Assembly (NCBI GenBank): GCA_032128875.1
Contig: JAVLKG010000001.1
Span: 704,001-768,000, forward strand
Reading direction: 5' to 3'
Length of the DNA stretch: 64,000 nucleotides
DNA from: Candidatus Melainabacteria bacterium 17Bon1m
Lineage (GTDB): Bacteria; Cyanobacteriota; Vampirovibrionia; Obscuribacterales; Obscuribacteraceae
Within the stretch, counting starts at the first letter, position 1. Each line of letters begins with the position of its first letter. Below are positions 48,946 to 58,915 of this stretch, piece by piece. The notes below the pieces were generated by a model. It was not told the DNA's origin, ran no database searches, and worked only from the letters and a program-made list of their open reading frames with translations. The position numbers and the translations under genes were made by a program.

Positions 48946-49020
48946 TTGACTACGATTGGGTTGATCTCGACCAGCTTGATCTCGACCAGCTTGATCTCGA
49001 CTAGCTTGATTTCGACTAGT
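48946..49020. repeat. 15-bp intergenic tandem repeat (4 copies plus 1 degenerate)
   Basis: ttgatctcgaccagc x2, ttgatctcgactagc, ttgatttcgactagt, preceded by ttgactacgattggg. Confidence 0.9.
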
Positions 49021-49037
49021 TTTGCACAGGCAATTAC

Positions 49038-50168
49038 TTAGTGTCTGGCTGCGCCAAGAATTTGATCTGCGCGCTTTTGCAGGTCTTCGGCTTCACTCAT
49101 ACGACCTTGCGTTTTGCAGATATTTGCCAGATTTCTGAGACTCATGCCCACATTGACGTGGTCGCTGCCGAAATTCTTTTCGTAAATGCCTAGAGCTTGG
49201 CGGGAAAGCGACTCTGCTTTTTCCATGCGTCCTTTCGACTCATAGAAAAGTGACATCGAAACCAGTGTAGTTGCCACTTCTGGGTGGTCTGTGCCCAACA
49301 CGGAGGAGAACAGCTGGAGCGCCCGAATGAAGAGCGGCTCTGCTTCCGAGAATTTATTCGTTCTGTGATAGAGCACTGCTAAATTGTGCAAACCGGTGGC
49401 CACCTCAGGGTGATCTGAGCCGAGGTTCTTTTCGAAAATCTCGAGCGAACGTCTGTGCAATGGCTCGGCGCGCTCATAATCGCCCATATAGGAATAGTTG
49501 TTGGCCAGACTGCGAAGCCCTTCGGCAACGTCCAAATGGTCGCTGCCCAGAACTTTCTCCTTAATTTGAAGGGCTCTTTCGTAATATTGGGTCGCTTCTT
49601 CGTACTCGCCGAGCTTTCTTAAAACGCGAGCAAATGTCTTCAAGCTGTCCGCAACTTCGAGGTTGTCAGGCGCCAGCGGGCTCTCTTTGAGAGTGAGCGA
49701 CTGGCGAAGAATCGGTTCGGCTTCTTGAAAGCGACCGACCAAAGAGTAGTAGTTGCCGAGCGCGCGGCGACTTTCGCCGGCTTTGGGATGGTCTTGCCCT
49801 AGCGCCTTCTGGCGAATTTCCAGCGTGCGCTTGAGAAGGTCTTCGGCGTGTTCGATTTTCCCCTGGGCCAGGTGAGTGCGTGCCAGCAGGGAAAGGCATT
49901 CCGCTACGTGTAGGTGTTCTTTTCCTTGCTGCGCTTCGCGGATGTTGAGGGCTCTATTGAGAAGTGACTCTGCTTCTTCGTGTCTATTGGTATGGATGTA
50001 GAGCTGGGCGAGATCGACGCAACTGGTGGCGATTCGCAGGTTTTCGGGACCCGACTTCATCGCCTCTTCCAGGGCTGAAGTCCAGCATTTCAAGCACTCT
50101 TCATAATCCTGTGCCTTGAAAGCCTTCTGGCCTTGCCGTTTTAGATTCTCCCAATTCTCGTTGACCAT
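49038..50168 (-). CDS. Tetratricopeptide repeat protein (42-aa repeats)
   Basis: Repeated LG.DHPEVA..L.NLA..Y....F.EAEPL..RAL. Confidence 0.92.
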   Translation of the reverse strand: MVNENWENLKRQGQKAFKAQDYEECLKCWTSALEEAMKSGPENLRIATSCVDLAQLYIHTNRHEEAESLLNRALNIREAQQGKEHLHVAECLSLLARTHLAQGKIEHAEDLLKRTLEIRQKALGQDHPKAGESRRALGNYYSLVGRFQEAEPILRQSLTLKESPLAPDNLEVADSLKTFARVLRKLGEYEEATQYYERALQIKEKVLGSDHLDVAEGLRSLANNYSYMGDYERAEPLHRRSLEIFEKNLGSDHPEVATGLHNLAVLYHRTNKFSEAEPLFIRALQLFSSVLGTDHPEVATTLVSMSLFYESKGRMEKAESLSRQALGIYEKNFGSDHVNVGMSLRNLANICKTQGRMSEAEDLQKRADQILGAARH

Positions 50169-50390
50169 TAGTCGTCCAAATTTCCAAGAGCTACGTGGAT
50201 ACCTGACTCAGATCTTACAACCAATTCTTACTTGCGATTGGCGAAAAACTTGCCCTGTCACTAATCTTTGTCTGCCTTTGTGGACGAGTTTGATACCAGA
50301 TGCGGTAGCAGTGCAGGCAGGCGCAGAGAGCGGTCCGTAATGTTTATGGCGCAGCGTGTTACAACGAAACGACGTGATTATTGCAGAGTG

Positions 50391-51842
50391 CTATTGCGGG
50401 GCGGCTGCGCTTGTCGGGTTGATAAGCTTCGAGTCTTTGAGGTCGGAGCGTATAGCTTTGGACAGTTCGATTTTCGCAGTTTTTCTTCGAGCATTTAGCC
50501 AGCGCTCGAGAGCGGCTTTGGCATTGGGTTCTTGAAGCTTTTGCTTGATAAAATCCTTCACGTCTGCAAATACGAACGGTCCAGCCGGCTGGCGGTCAGT
50601 CACTTTCATAATCACATAGCCAACTTCGATTGGCATTACTTTCGGTGCCGTCTCCCCGGCTTTCAAGTTCTCGAGCATTTGTTTCACTGCAGGTTGCAGC
50701 ATGCTCAGCTCTACCCAGCCGGCGTCACCACCGGTTTTTCCAGCACGAGCTTGAACATCATCGGTGTTTTCGTTTGCTAACAGTTTGAAGTCTTCGCCCT
50801 TCTGCGCGCGTTTGAGAATGTCGTCTGCTTTCTTGGCGAGTTCAGCCTTTTTCGCTTTGATGGCTTCTTCTAATTCAGAAGGGCTGATATCCGGCTTGAC
50901 ACGCACGATCTGGCTTTTGATGCCTTCCAGATTGCCAATGTTTTCTTCTGGTGCGGCAATGATGATCTGGCTCAGGCGAATACGCTCGCCGTGTTTGAAC
51001 TTATCTTTGTTGGTCTCGAAGAACTTCTTCGCGACGTCGTCAGTCACTGGTGATTCGTTGACGATTTTGTCTTGAATCATGATGACCATAAAATTGTTGA
51101 CGATGTCATCACGGTAGACTTCCGGTGACAAACCTGACTGTTTAAGCGCTCTCGGATAAACTTCCGAATCTTTCAATTCCATGTAGTTGTTGAAAGCCTT
51201 TTGTGTAAAACCTCTGGCGCGCGCTTCTGCCAAGAAGAGTTCATGGTCGACAAGCGAGTCCAGCAGCCCTTCTTCTTGAAGTGTGCGGAACATCTTATTG
51301 GCGAGCGCCTCTTCCATAATCAGTTTTTCAAACTGTGCTTCGGACAAATTGCCGGACTTGAGAAACTCTTTGAATTTCTCGGGAGTGTTGCCACGAGCCA
51401 TTTTTGCCGCTTCCAGCAGTTTTGCCTTTTCGTCTGCGGTGAGAGTCATGCCGCGGCGTTTTGCTTCTTCTAAATAGGGCTTTGTGATGCCTGGATCCAT
51501 TGCCATAGTGTCTTGAAACTTCTGCATGTTCGTCTTCAACTGACGCCTGTAGGTAGCCATCGTTATCGGCTGACCTTCTACGTAGCAGATGATTACTTCA
51601 TCGCCCAACTGTTTTGCCTTAATCACCTTCATCGCATCAGCGACTTGCGGCAGGTCCATAACAGCTTTCTTCTCTTCAGCAGGTTTGCCGTCTTTCGTGG
51701 CGCCTGTACTGGTACCATCCGGTGTTTTGCCGTCCACTTTTGTGGCGTCGCCGGTGGTGTCAGCTGGTTTGTCTGGATTCTGGCAAGCCTGCAAGCAAAC
51801 GATTGATAGAAGTGCCACTGACAGTGCTGTTAGTCTCTTCAT
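50391..51842 (-). CDS. Parvulin-type peptidyl-prolyl isomerase lipoprotein (PrsA/SurA-like)
   Basis: Lipobox LQAC; IRLSQIII, GEDFKLLA, GGDAGW and GYVIMKV. Confidence 0.82.
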   Translation of the reverse strand: MKRLTALSVALLSIVCLQACQNPDKPADTTGDATKVDGKTPDGTSTGATKDGKPAEEKKAVMDLPQVADAMKVIKAKQLGDEVIICYVEGQPITMATYRRQLKTNMQKFQDTMAMDPGITKPYLEEAKRRGMTLTADEKAKLLEAAKMARGNTPEKFKEFLKSGNLSEAQFEKLIMEEALANKMFRTLQEEGLLDSLVDHELFLAEARARGFTQKAFNNYMELKDSEVYPRALKQSGLSPEVYRDDIVNNFMVIMIQDKIVNESPVTDDVAKKFFETNKDKFKHGERIRLSQIIIAAPEENIGNLEGIKSQIVRVKPDISPSELEEAIKAKKAELAKKADDILKRAQKGEDFKLLANENTDDVQARAGKTGGDAGWVELSMLQPAVKQMLENLKAGETAPKVMPIEVGYVIMKVTDRQPAGPFVFADVKDFIKQKLQEPNAKAALERWLNARRKTAKIELSKAIRSDLKDSKLINPTSAAAPQ

Positions 51843-51922
51843 TCTGCTGTTTATAAGCCTCTCGTTTGTCTGTTCTGATATCGATCTGCATCTTTCGAGA
51901 TGCAGGTTATTTTTCCATCTCG

Positions 51923-54900
51923 CTATCGTGCCGCCACGGAAGTTAGAACCATAGCACTAAGCAATTCTTCAAGCAAATCAAGTTGCTCAACAGGCGAAAG
52001 TCCTTGTGAGCGCACAAGAATGCACGGCGCCGGACCGATACCGCCTGCTTGTCCAGGCTTATAAGTTGTACGGCTGGCAAGATGTTTTGGCAGTCTGCTT
52101 TGTACCGGCATCCATTCATTTAACCGGAATGCCACAGACAGTTTCAAGCTCATGCCATCCGGCTTGATAGCTGACACCTGAGCCTTGGCGCAAAGCAAAC
52201 GCAATCGAACAACTTTGGCCAGATTGTCGACTTCTTCCGGTGCTTTGCCGAAGCGATCTTTCCACTCTTCTTTGAGAATGCTGAGGTCTTTGTCCGACTT
52301 AACATCCGCAAGACGCTTGTATTCAATTAAGCGCTGATCGGGATCAGGCATGTATGTTTCGGGAATGAAGGCTGACACGTTGATATCGATTTGAGCGTCG
52401 GCGTCTGTAGAAACGCTCTGTCCTTTGAGTTCTGCAACCGATTCTTCCAGCAGTTTGCAATAAAGTTCAAAACCAACTGAAATCATGTGTCCATGCTGTT
52501 CGGCGCCAAGGATGTTACCTACTCCTCTAATTTCCATGTCGCGCAATGCGATCTGATAACCAGAGCCAAGCGATGTGAATTCTCTAATAGCTTTGAGTCT
52601 GCTTTGGGCTGTTTCCGTCAGCACCTTCTGTGGACGACAGAGGCAGTAGGCGTAAGCCTGCAGGTCAGAACGACCCACCCGTCCTCGCAACTGATAGAGC
52701 TGCGCAAGACCGAACTTATCGGCTTCGTTGACGATAATCGTGTTGCAATTTGGAATGTCCAAGCCTGATTCAATGATAGTCGTGCAAACAAGTACGTCGA
52801 ATTGATGCGCTGCAAAGTCCAGCATCACATTTTCCAGTTCGCGCTCGGACATCTGTCCGTGCCCGATGATGAGCCTTGCTTCCGGTACGAGCTGTTTTAC
52901 TTCGAAGGCGATTTGCTCGATCGACTCAATGCGGTTGTGTACGAAATAGACCTGACCGCCTCTTTCCATTTCGTGCAGAATTGCGGTACGAACCAGCGGC
53001 AATTTGTATTCGCCGACGAATGTTTTGATGGGCAGTCTGTTTACAGGCGGTGTGTGTATTAGTGACATGTCGCGAGCGCCGGACAGTGCCATGTGCAATG
53101 TTCTCGGAATAGGCGTTGCGGACATGGTGAGCACGTCTACCATGACTCTTAGCTGTTTCAATTTCTCTTTGTGCCCGACGCCGAATCTCTGTTCTTCGTC
53201 GATAATCAGAAGTCCGAGATCTTTGAAGGCGATGTCCTTCTGCAACATTCTGTGCGTTCCAACCACGACGTCGCATTCGCCGACGCCTAGTTTTTGAACC
53301 ACTTCTCTCTGCTCTTTGGCTGTTCTAAAACGGCTGAGCAACCCGACTCTGATCGGGTAGGCGCTGAAGCGTTCGCAGAGATTGTTGTAGTGTTGCTGCG
53401 CAAGAATTGTGGTGGGAACAAGAACCGCAACTTGCTTGCCTGACATTACTGTTTTGAAAATTCCACGAATTGCCACTTCGGTTTTTCCGAAGCCGACGTC
53501 TCCGCAAATCAGCCTGTCCATCGGCTTATTCGCTTCTAGGTCATGCTTAACGTCTTGAATAGCTTGCCATTGATCGGGTGTTTCTTCATAAGGAAACGCC
53601 TCTTCCATTTCGTATTGCCAGGGAGTATCCGGTATGCACTGGAAACCCTCTTGCTTGGCGCGAATAGCATAAAGATTGACGAGATCTTCTGCGACTTGTT
53701 TTACAGATTTTTTGACGCGTTTTTTCGTCGACTCCCACTCTGCGCCGCCGAGGCGAGAGAGTCTAGGCGCGCTATCACCGGCTCCACGATAGCGGCTGAG
53801 GAGGTTGATTTGATCGACTGGAACATACAAGCGGTCGTCGCCTGTATATTGAACGGTCAGATATTCTCGTTGTTGGTTGTCGACGGCAATACGCTGAACG
53901 CCCACGAATTGACCGATTCCGTGCTTCATATGCACGACGTAGTCACCAACTTTTAGATCGGAGACAGACGTGAAACGCTCGTACGTCTTTTCTGCAACCT
54001 GGCGACGATAGACTGTCGGTCGGCGTTTTAGTCCGAACATCTCTGCGTCGGTGATGGAAACAAGCATGATATCGTCAAGGCGGAATCCCTGAACGAAACC
54101 ATGTCTGGTTACCCAGACTTCGCTGCCAGAGCCAGGAGTCTTGCCTCGGGCTACTAGCTCTGCAAATGATAGAGTTTGTGTTTCGGATGGGTTCAAATTG
54201 CCGGCACTCGCAGCCGCGTCGGGCGAACCGGGCTCGTGGTGCCGAATATCGCTTTCAGCTCCCAGATATCTGGCGGGCGTATCCCATTCGCGCAGAAGTC
54301 CGAGCAGTCGTTGAGGCTGTTCGGTCGAGATGACGACTTGATATTCGTTGCGTCTGAATGACCGGACCTTTTCAATTACTGCCTGCATTTGATTGCCGAA
54401 TCGCTCAATAGGATGGCAGTCGAATTGCACTACAGCGTGCTCAGCCTCATCAGGGAATGCCGGCAGGCTGGACAGATAGACCTTCTGGAAGCTGGAGATG
54501 CGGGTCTTCAGCTCTTCGAAATTAGAGTGAAGCGCACGCGGCAGGGCAAGCAATCGTCCAGTCGAGACACCTTCTTTGAACGCGTCATTGAGCTTTTCTT
54601 CATAGCTGATAAGTGACGATGTGAGCAGATCCCACTCATCGAAAAATACCAGTCCCTTCTCGGGAAGGTAGTCCGCAAGCGTGGCGAAGCGATCGCTGAC
54701 AAACGGATAATAGTATTCACAAGATTCCGGATATTGCCCCGAGGCAAATCCGGTCAGGTCGTTTTCTATTATGGAGAGAAGGGTTTCCTTGGCTCCGTCT
54801 TCCAGTTTTTCGGCAGATGCCTCAGCATGCTCGCGCAGTCTGGCGATCAAATCATCTTTGAATTCTTTGGTGTCATCGAGGACTATCCAGTATCTTGGCG

Positions 54901-55681
54901 GAATAAGAACTTCATTCAATTCATCGACAGACCGCTGGTTGTCGATGTTGAACTGACGAATCGATTCGACTTCATCATCAAACAGCTCGATACGCATCGG
55001 AAAGCCGCTTGACGGGTAGATGTCGATAATGTCTCCCCTGATACTGAATTCGCCGCGTAGAGTAACAAGACTTTCTCTGGAATAGCCAAGTCCTGCCAGC
55101 CTTCTAGCCAGGTCTTCGCGGTCGACGGTTGCACCTTTTTTGAGAGCGAAACTTTTTTCTTTCAATGTTTCTGCATCGAGAACTCTTTGGATAAGGGCTC
55201 GAATCGGCACGATCACCAAGTAAGGTTCGTCGTTGCCGTACATAATGCGGTTCAAGACTTCCAGCTGCGGAGCTATGTTGTCCGGGCTGCTAAGAACCTG
55301 TTCGTACGGCGAGACCTCCGACGACGGGTAAAAGTAAACGGGATAGCGACTGAGATTGGAGAGTTCGTGCTTGAGTCTCGAAGCGACCTGGTTGTCTTGG
55401 ACAATTATGAAAAACGGTCTTTTGACCTCATGGTTGAGAACCGAAAGCACCAGCGATTTTGCAGAATCCGAAAGACCTGAGAGGTTCAATTCCGTCTGCG
55501 AATGACGTGCTGTGCGGGCTAATAACTTTGCATATTGAGGCGAGCCCAAGAAGCGCTGATGAAGGGCACTAGCGAGTATATTTTCGCGTGTTTGCCGAGA
55601 AGAATCGCCTGTATTTTGAGACTGAGTTGCCATATTTCCTGATGGTGCCGCCTGGTTCACTCCAAACTCCGTTTCGAACAT
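51923..55681 (-). CDS. mfd: Transcription-repair coupling factor
   Basis: GDYVVH..HGIG (RID), GDVGFGKTEVA, DEEQRFG, SATPIPRT, QLRGRVGR and RDMEIRGVGNILG. Confidence 0.97.
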   Translation of the reverse strand: MFETEFGVNQAAPSGNMATQSQNTGDSSRQTRENILASALHQRFLGSPQYAKLLARTARHSQTELNLSGLSDSAKSLVLSVLNHEVKRPFFIIVQDNQVASRLKHELSNLSRYPVYFYPSSEVSPYEQVLSSPDNIAPQLEVLNRIMYGNDEPYLVIVPIRALIQRVLDAETLKEKSFALKKGATVDREDLARRLAGLGYSRESLVTLRGEFSIRGDIIDIYPSSGFPMRIELFDDEVESIRQFNIDNQRSVDELNEVLIPPRYWIVLDDTKEFKDDLIARLREHAEASAEKLEDGAKETLLSIIENDLTGFASGQYPESCEYYYPFVSDRFATLADYLPEKGLVFFDEWDLLTSSLISYEEKLNDAFKEGVSTGRLLALPRALHSNFEELKTRISSFQKVYLSSLPAFPDEAEHAVVQFDCHPIERFGNQMQAVIEKVRSFRRNEYQVVISTEQPQRLLGLLREWDTPARYLGAESDIRHHEPGSPDAAASAGNLNPSETQTLSFAELVARGKTPGSGSEVWVTRHGFVQGFRLDDIMLVSITDAEMFGLKRRPTVYRRQVAEKTYERFTSVSDLKVGDYVVHMKHGIGQFVGVQRIAVDNQQREYLTVQYTGDDRLYVPVDQINLLSRYRGAGDSAPRLSRLGGAEWESTKKRVKKSVKQVAEDLVNLYAIRAKQEGFQCIPDTPWQYEMEEAFPYEETPDQWQAIQDVKHDLEANKPMDRLICGDVGFGKTEVAIRGIFKTVMSGKQVAVLVPTTILAQQHYNNLCERFSAYPIRVGLLSRFRTAKEQREVVQKLGVGECDVVVGTHRMLQKDIAFKDLGLLIIDEEQRFGVGHKEKLKQLRVMVDVLTMSATPIPRTLHMALSGARDMSLIHTPPVNRLPIKTFVGEYKLPLVRTAILHEMERGGQVYFVHNRIESIEQIAFEVKQLVPEARLIIGHGQMSERELENVMLDFAAHQFDVLVCTTIIESGLDIPNCNTIIVNEADKFGLAQLYQLRGRVGRSDLQAYAYCLCRPQKVLTETAQSRLKAIREFTSLGSGYQIALRDMEIRGVGNILGAEQHGHMISVGFELYCKLLEESVAELKGQSVSTDADAQIDINVSAFIPETYMPDPDQRLIEYKRLADVKSDKDLSILKEEWKDRFGKAPEEVDNLAKVVRLRLLCAKAQVSAIKPDGMSLKLSVAFRLNEWMPVQSRLPKHLASRTTYKPGQAGGIGPAPCILVRSQGLSPVEQLDLLEELLSAMVLTSVAAR

Positions 55682-55994
55682 TCAAATTTCGCTCAAATTT
55701 GAGAGTCGTCAAATTCTTTCTATTCGATGCGTGTTTTCGTCGAGCTTCAGCAATTCAGAAGCGCAATCGAACCAAATTTGGCGAATTTTTTATCGTAGCA
55801 TGCGAACACCATAGAACGCCCGTCCAACGCCCCATTTGTGTTATGTGGCGTAATTATCGTCTACACCCCGACAGGCGCCATTCTCGGGCAGTTGTTACTT
55901 TGCTTTCAGGGTGGAAAATTCATCGTTTCAACTTTACAGAAAGCTCATGAGTGTTCAGGTATTATGTCCTTGATAATGTTTAAGGGAATTTTGG

Positions 55995-57410
55995 ATGAGA
56001 CCAGTCGTGCTTAGAAACCTGAAGATTTTCGTCTCAGTTTTCGCGGCTGCGTCTGTTTTCGCCACTCCTCCTAGTTTGGCGCAAAAACATCACTATGCGC
56101 CGGACGTCGGACAGCGCATCGATATTGCCGGACAGTTGAGTAAGGAGGGCAAGTTCGACGAAGCCCGCCGCGTTCTTTCCGAAGCACTGCAGCTCGACGC
56201 CAACTGCTGCGATTGCTTGAACAGTCTGGGGATAACCTATTTCAAAGAAGGGCGACTGAAGGAGGCGGAAGCCAACTTCCGTGGTGCTCTCAAGATCGAC
56301 CCTCTCTACTTGGAAGCGCTCTGCAACTTGGGTTTGTGCCTTTATCAGCAGGGCGAGTCTCACTATGCCGAAGCGATAGTTTATTTCAGCCAAGCGCTAG
56401 AATTGACGCAAAACAAAGACTTCCAATTACACAAAAATCTCGCCGATGTTTTGCGTGATAAGGGCGACTTCAAAGAAGCGGCCATGCATTACGGCGAAGC
56501 GGTGCGTCTGCAACCAGACTATGCGCCTGCATACAATGGGCTGTCCATGCTGTATTACAGGCTGAAGCAGTTCGACAAGGCCTACGAAGAAGCGCTGAAG
56601 GCGGTTAAGTTCAGACCTGATTATGCCCTCGGTTATTTCTACCTGGGTATGATCGAGACCTCTCGAAAGCACGTACCGCAGGCGATCCAGTATTACGAGA
56701 CATCGCTCAAGTACGAGCCAAATCCTCGCTATGCTGCAGACACGCGGCAGAAAATCGCCGATTTGAAGGCTGGATTTATGCCACCTTCTGATAATTCCGG
56801 CTCATCTACAGCCGCTCCAGGCGCTGTCGCTCCTTCTGTCTCGATTTCTGCACTGGTTCGCTCTCAGGAATGGGAAAAGGCGGAAAACGAGCTGTCTCGC
56901 GTGCTTTCCAATCCCCGAGGAAAGACCGCTAACAACTACAACAATTACGGATATGTTCTTTCCCGCCGCCAGAACTTCGAGGGCGCCATTGTCGCTTACA
57001 GAAAAGCCATCGACCTCAAGAAAGGCATGTTCCCTGAGGCTCGTTACAATTTGGGTCAGGTTTTGCGTCTGAACAATCAACCGAAGGAAGCGGAGAAACA
57101 AATCTTTGCGGCAGTTCAAGAAGCGAAACAAATGAACAAGCGATTTCCAGCTGCATTGAACGCCTATGCCCTGATGCGCAAGTCGCACGGTGACTTGAAA
57201 GGCGCCAAAACCTACTATGTCAGCGCCCTCACACAGGCCGCAGATACGATGCCTGTGATTCATTACAATTATGCAATTTTGCTCGAGAAGACTGAAAATA
57301 GTAAGGAAGCGGTCGCACAGTACAGGCGCTATCTAGCCCTTGCTCCAGCGGGGAAAAACGCCAAAGCTGCACAGGAGCGACTCAGACGATTGACCGGTGC
57401 GTCTAAATAG
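55995..57410 (+). CDS. Exported tetratricopeptide repeat protein
   Basis: Signal peptide; 34-aa TPRs (AYNGL, YNLG, HYNYA). Confidence 0.88.
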   Translation: MRPVVLRNLKIFVSVFAAASVFATPPSLAQKHHYAPDVGQRIDIAGQLSKEGKFDEARRVLSEALQLDANCCDCLNSLGITYFKEGRLKEAEANFRGALKIDPLYLEALCNLGLCLYQQGESHYAEAIVYFSQALELTQNKDFQLHKNLADVLRDKGDFKEAAMHYGEAVRLQPDYAPAYNGLSMLYYRLKQFDKAYEEALKAVKFRPDYALGYFYLGMIETSRKHVPQAIQYYETSLKYEPNPRYAADTRQKIADLKAGFMPPSDNSGSSTAAPGAVAPSVSISALVRSQEWEKAENELSRVLSNPRGKTANNYNNYGYVLSRRQNFEGAIVAYRKAIDLKKGMFPEARYNLGQVLRLNNQPKEAEKQIFAAVQEAKQMNKRFPAALNAYALMRKSHGDLKGAKTYYVSALTQAADTMPVIHYNYAILLEKTENSKEAVAQYRRYLALAPAGKNAKAAQERLRRLTGASK

Positions 57411-57521
57411 GCTGTCAAGACAAGCTGGGGCGTCTGTTGTACAATCAACTTCCGTGGCTCTGGCTACGGCAATATTTGCCGTTATTTTTTCGTGTTATGA
57501 AACGGAGTTCTGAGCAGGACA

Positions 57522-58697
57522 ATGAGCGTTACAGAGAAGGACATCAATAGCGCCGCACCGGCAGCGAATCCTCAACATACAGAGGAGATGCTGGAGGCTG
57601 TTTGCGCTGTTGCTCGCGCTCGGGAAGCCACGCCGGTTCCGGCTGGAAAGACACGCGTTGCGGTTCTTATGAGCGGTGGCGTCGACAGCTCAGCAACTGC
57701 CTATCTGCTTAAAGAGCAAGGATATGATGTCGTCGGTGTGACTGGTTGGCTGATCAAATCAGGCAGCCGTTGCTGCGATACGGGCATGATCGATGCTGCC
57801 CGCGTCTGCGAGCAACTTGAGGTAGACCATCATGCGGTCGATTTGAGAGAGCTTTTCAAAACGCAAATCATTGACGATTTCCATCAGTCGTATGCACGTG
57901 CGCGCACTCCGTTGCCTTGCAGTTTGTGCAACACGGTAATTAAGTGGGGCGCATTGATGAATTATGGGCGCAAGATTCTTGGCGCCGAGTACATTGCCAC
58001 TGGTCACTATGGGCGTATCGCTGAGATCGATGGGCAAATCAGACTCGCTCGTGCAAAAGATCCCAAGAAAGATCAATCATATGTGCTCTGGGGTTTGACG
58101 CTCGACCAGCTCAAGCACACCTTGCTTCCGCTCGGCGATTACAACAAAGACGAGATTCGTGCTATTGCTGCTAAGGCCGATCTGACGACTGCCAATCGCC
58201 CTGACAGCCAAGATCTCTGCTTCATTCCTATGGGCAAGACACCACAAGAGTATCTGTCCGGCTTCCTTCCGGAGCTGCCCGGACCAATTTTGCACGCCCT
58301 TACCGGCGACCTTATGGGCGAGCATAAAGGCACGCACAATTTTACGATTGGTCAGCGCCGCGGTATCAATATCTCGTACAAAGAGCCGCTTTACGTCACT
58401 TCTATTGATCCCGATATGCGCATTGTTTATGTGGGACCAAAAGAGGCTCTGCTTCGTCGCGAGCTGACGGCGTCCTTCATGAACTGGATGCTTGAGGCAC
58501 CACCGGCGGAGCCATTTAGAGCTCAGGTGAAAATCAGATACAACAGCCCTACGGCACCAGCCCTGGTTACACCATTGCCTGACAATAAGACATCGGTGCT
58601 CTTCGACGACGCGCAGCCTGCAATCACTCCCGGTCAAGTCCTCGGCATTTACGATCTGTCTGACGCATATATCATGGGTGGCGGCTGGATAGACTGA
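57522..58697 (+). CDS. mnmA: tRNA-specific 2-thiouridylase
   Basis: MSGGVDSS PP-loop, PCSLCN, ATGHY, KDQSY, DSQDLCF, TIGQRRG and TPGQ. Confidence 0.96.
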   Translation: MSVTEKDINSAAPAANPQHTEEMLEAVCAVARAREATPVPAGKTRVAVLMSGGVDSSATAYLLKEQGYDVVGVTGWLIKSGSRCCDTGMIDAARVCEQLEVDHHAVDLRELFKTQIIDDFHQSYARARTPLPCSLCNTVIKWGALMNYGRKILGAEYIATGHYGRIAEIDGQIRLARAKDPKKDQSYVLWGLTLDQLKHTLLPLGDYNKDEIRAIAAKADLTTANRPDSQDLCFIPMGKTPQEYLSGFLPELPGPILHALTGDLMGEHKGTHNFTIGQRRGINISYKEPLYVTSIDPDMRIVYVGPKEALLRRELTASFMNWMLEAPPAEPFRAQVKIRYNSPTAPALVTPLPDNKTSVLFDDAQPAITPGQVLGIYDLSDAYIMGGGWID

Positions 58698-58915
58698 TCT
58701 GCAACGATCAAATGTCAAAGCCTTTTGAAAGCTATTGAAAACGCAATTTAATCACGCGGGGTGAAATCCCCCGAATTCGTGTTGTCATGCTGTTTCCCAT
58801 TTGCTGAAATCGGGAACCAATGCGGTATCGGTTAGTCGAATGTTCAGTATTTGTGTTGCTAACGTAAAAAACAAAACCTATAATACGAACTTGGTAGTCA
58901 CGGATCTTGATTTAA

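Noticed and set aside
48946..49020. Possible CRISPR array
   Set aside because: Contiguous 15-bp units without spacers; no cas genes
54689..54696. HIP1 octamer GCGATCGC
   Set aside because: Only sporadic occurrence noticed, not the high density of many oxygenic cyanobacteria; not formally counted
58750..58870. c-di-AMP (ydaO) riboswitch-like words (ggggtgaa, gctgaa, gggaacca, gctaac) upstream of the amidase
   Set aside because: Elements are out of consensus order and the expected stems cannot be formed by eye; an Infernal scan would settle it
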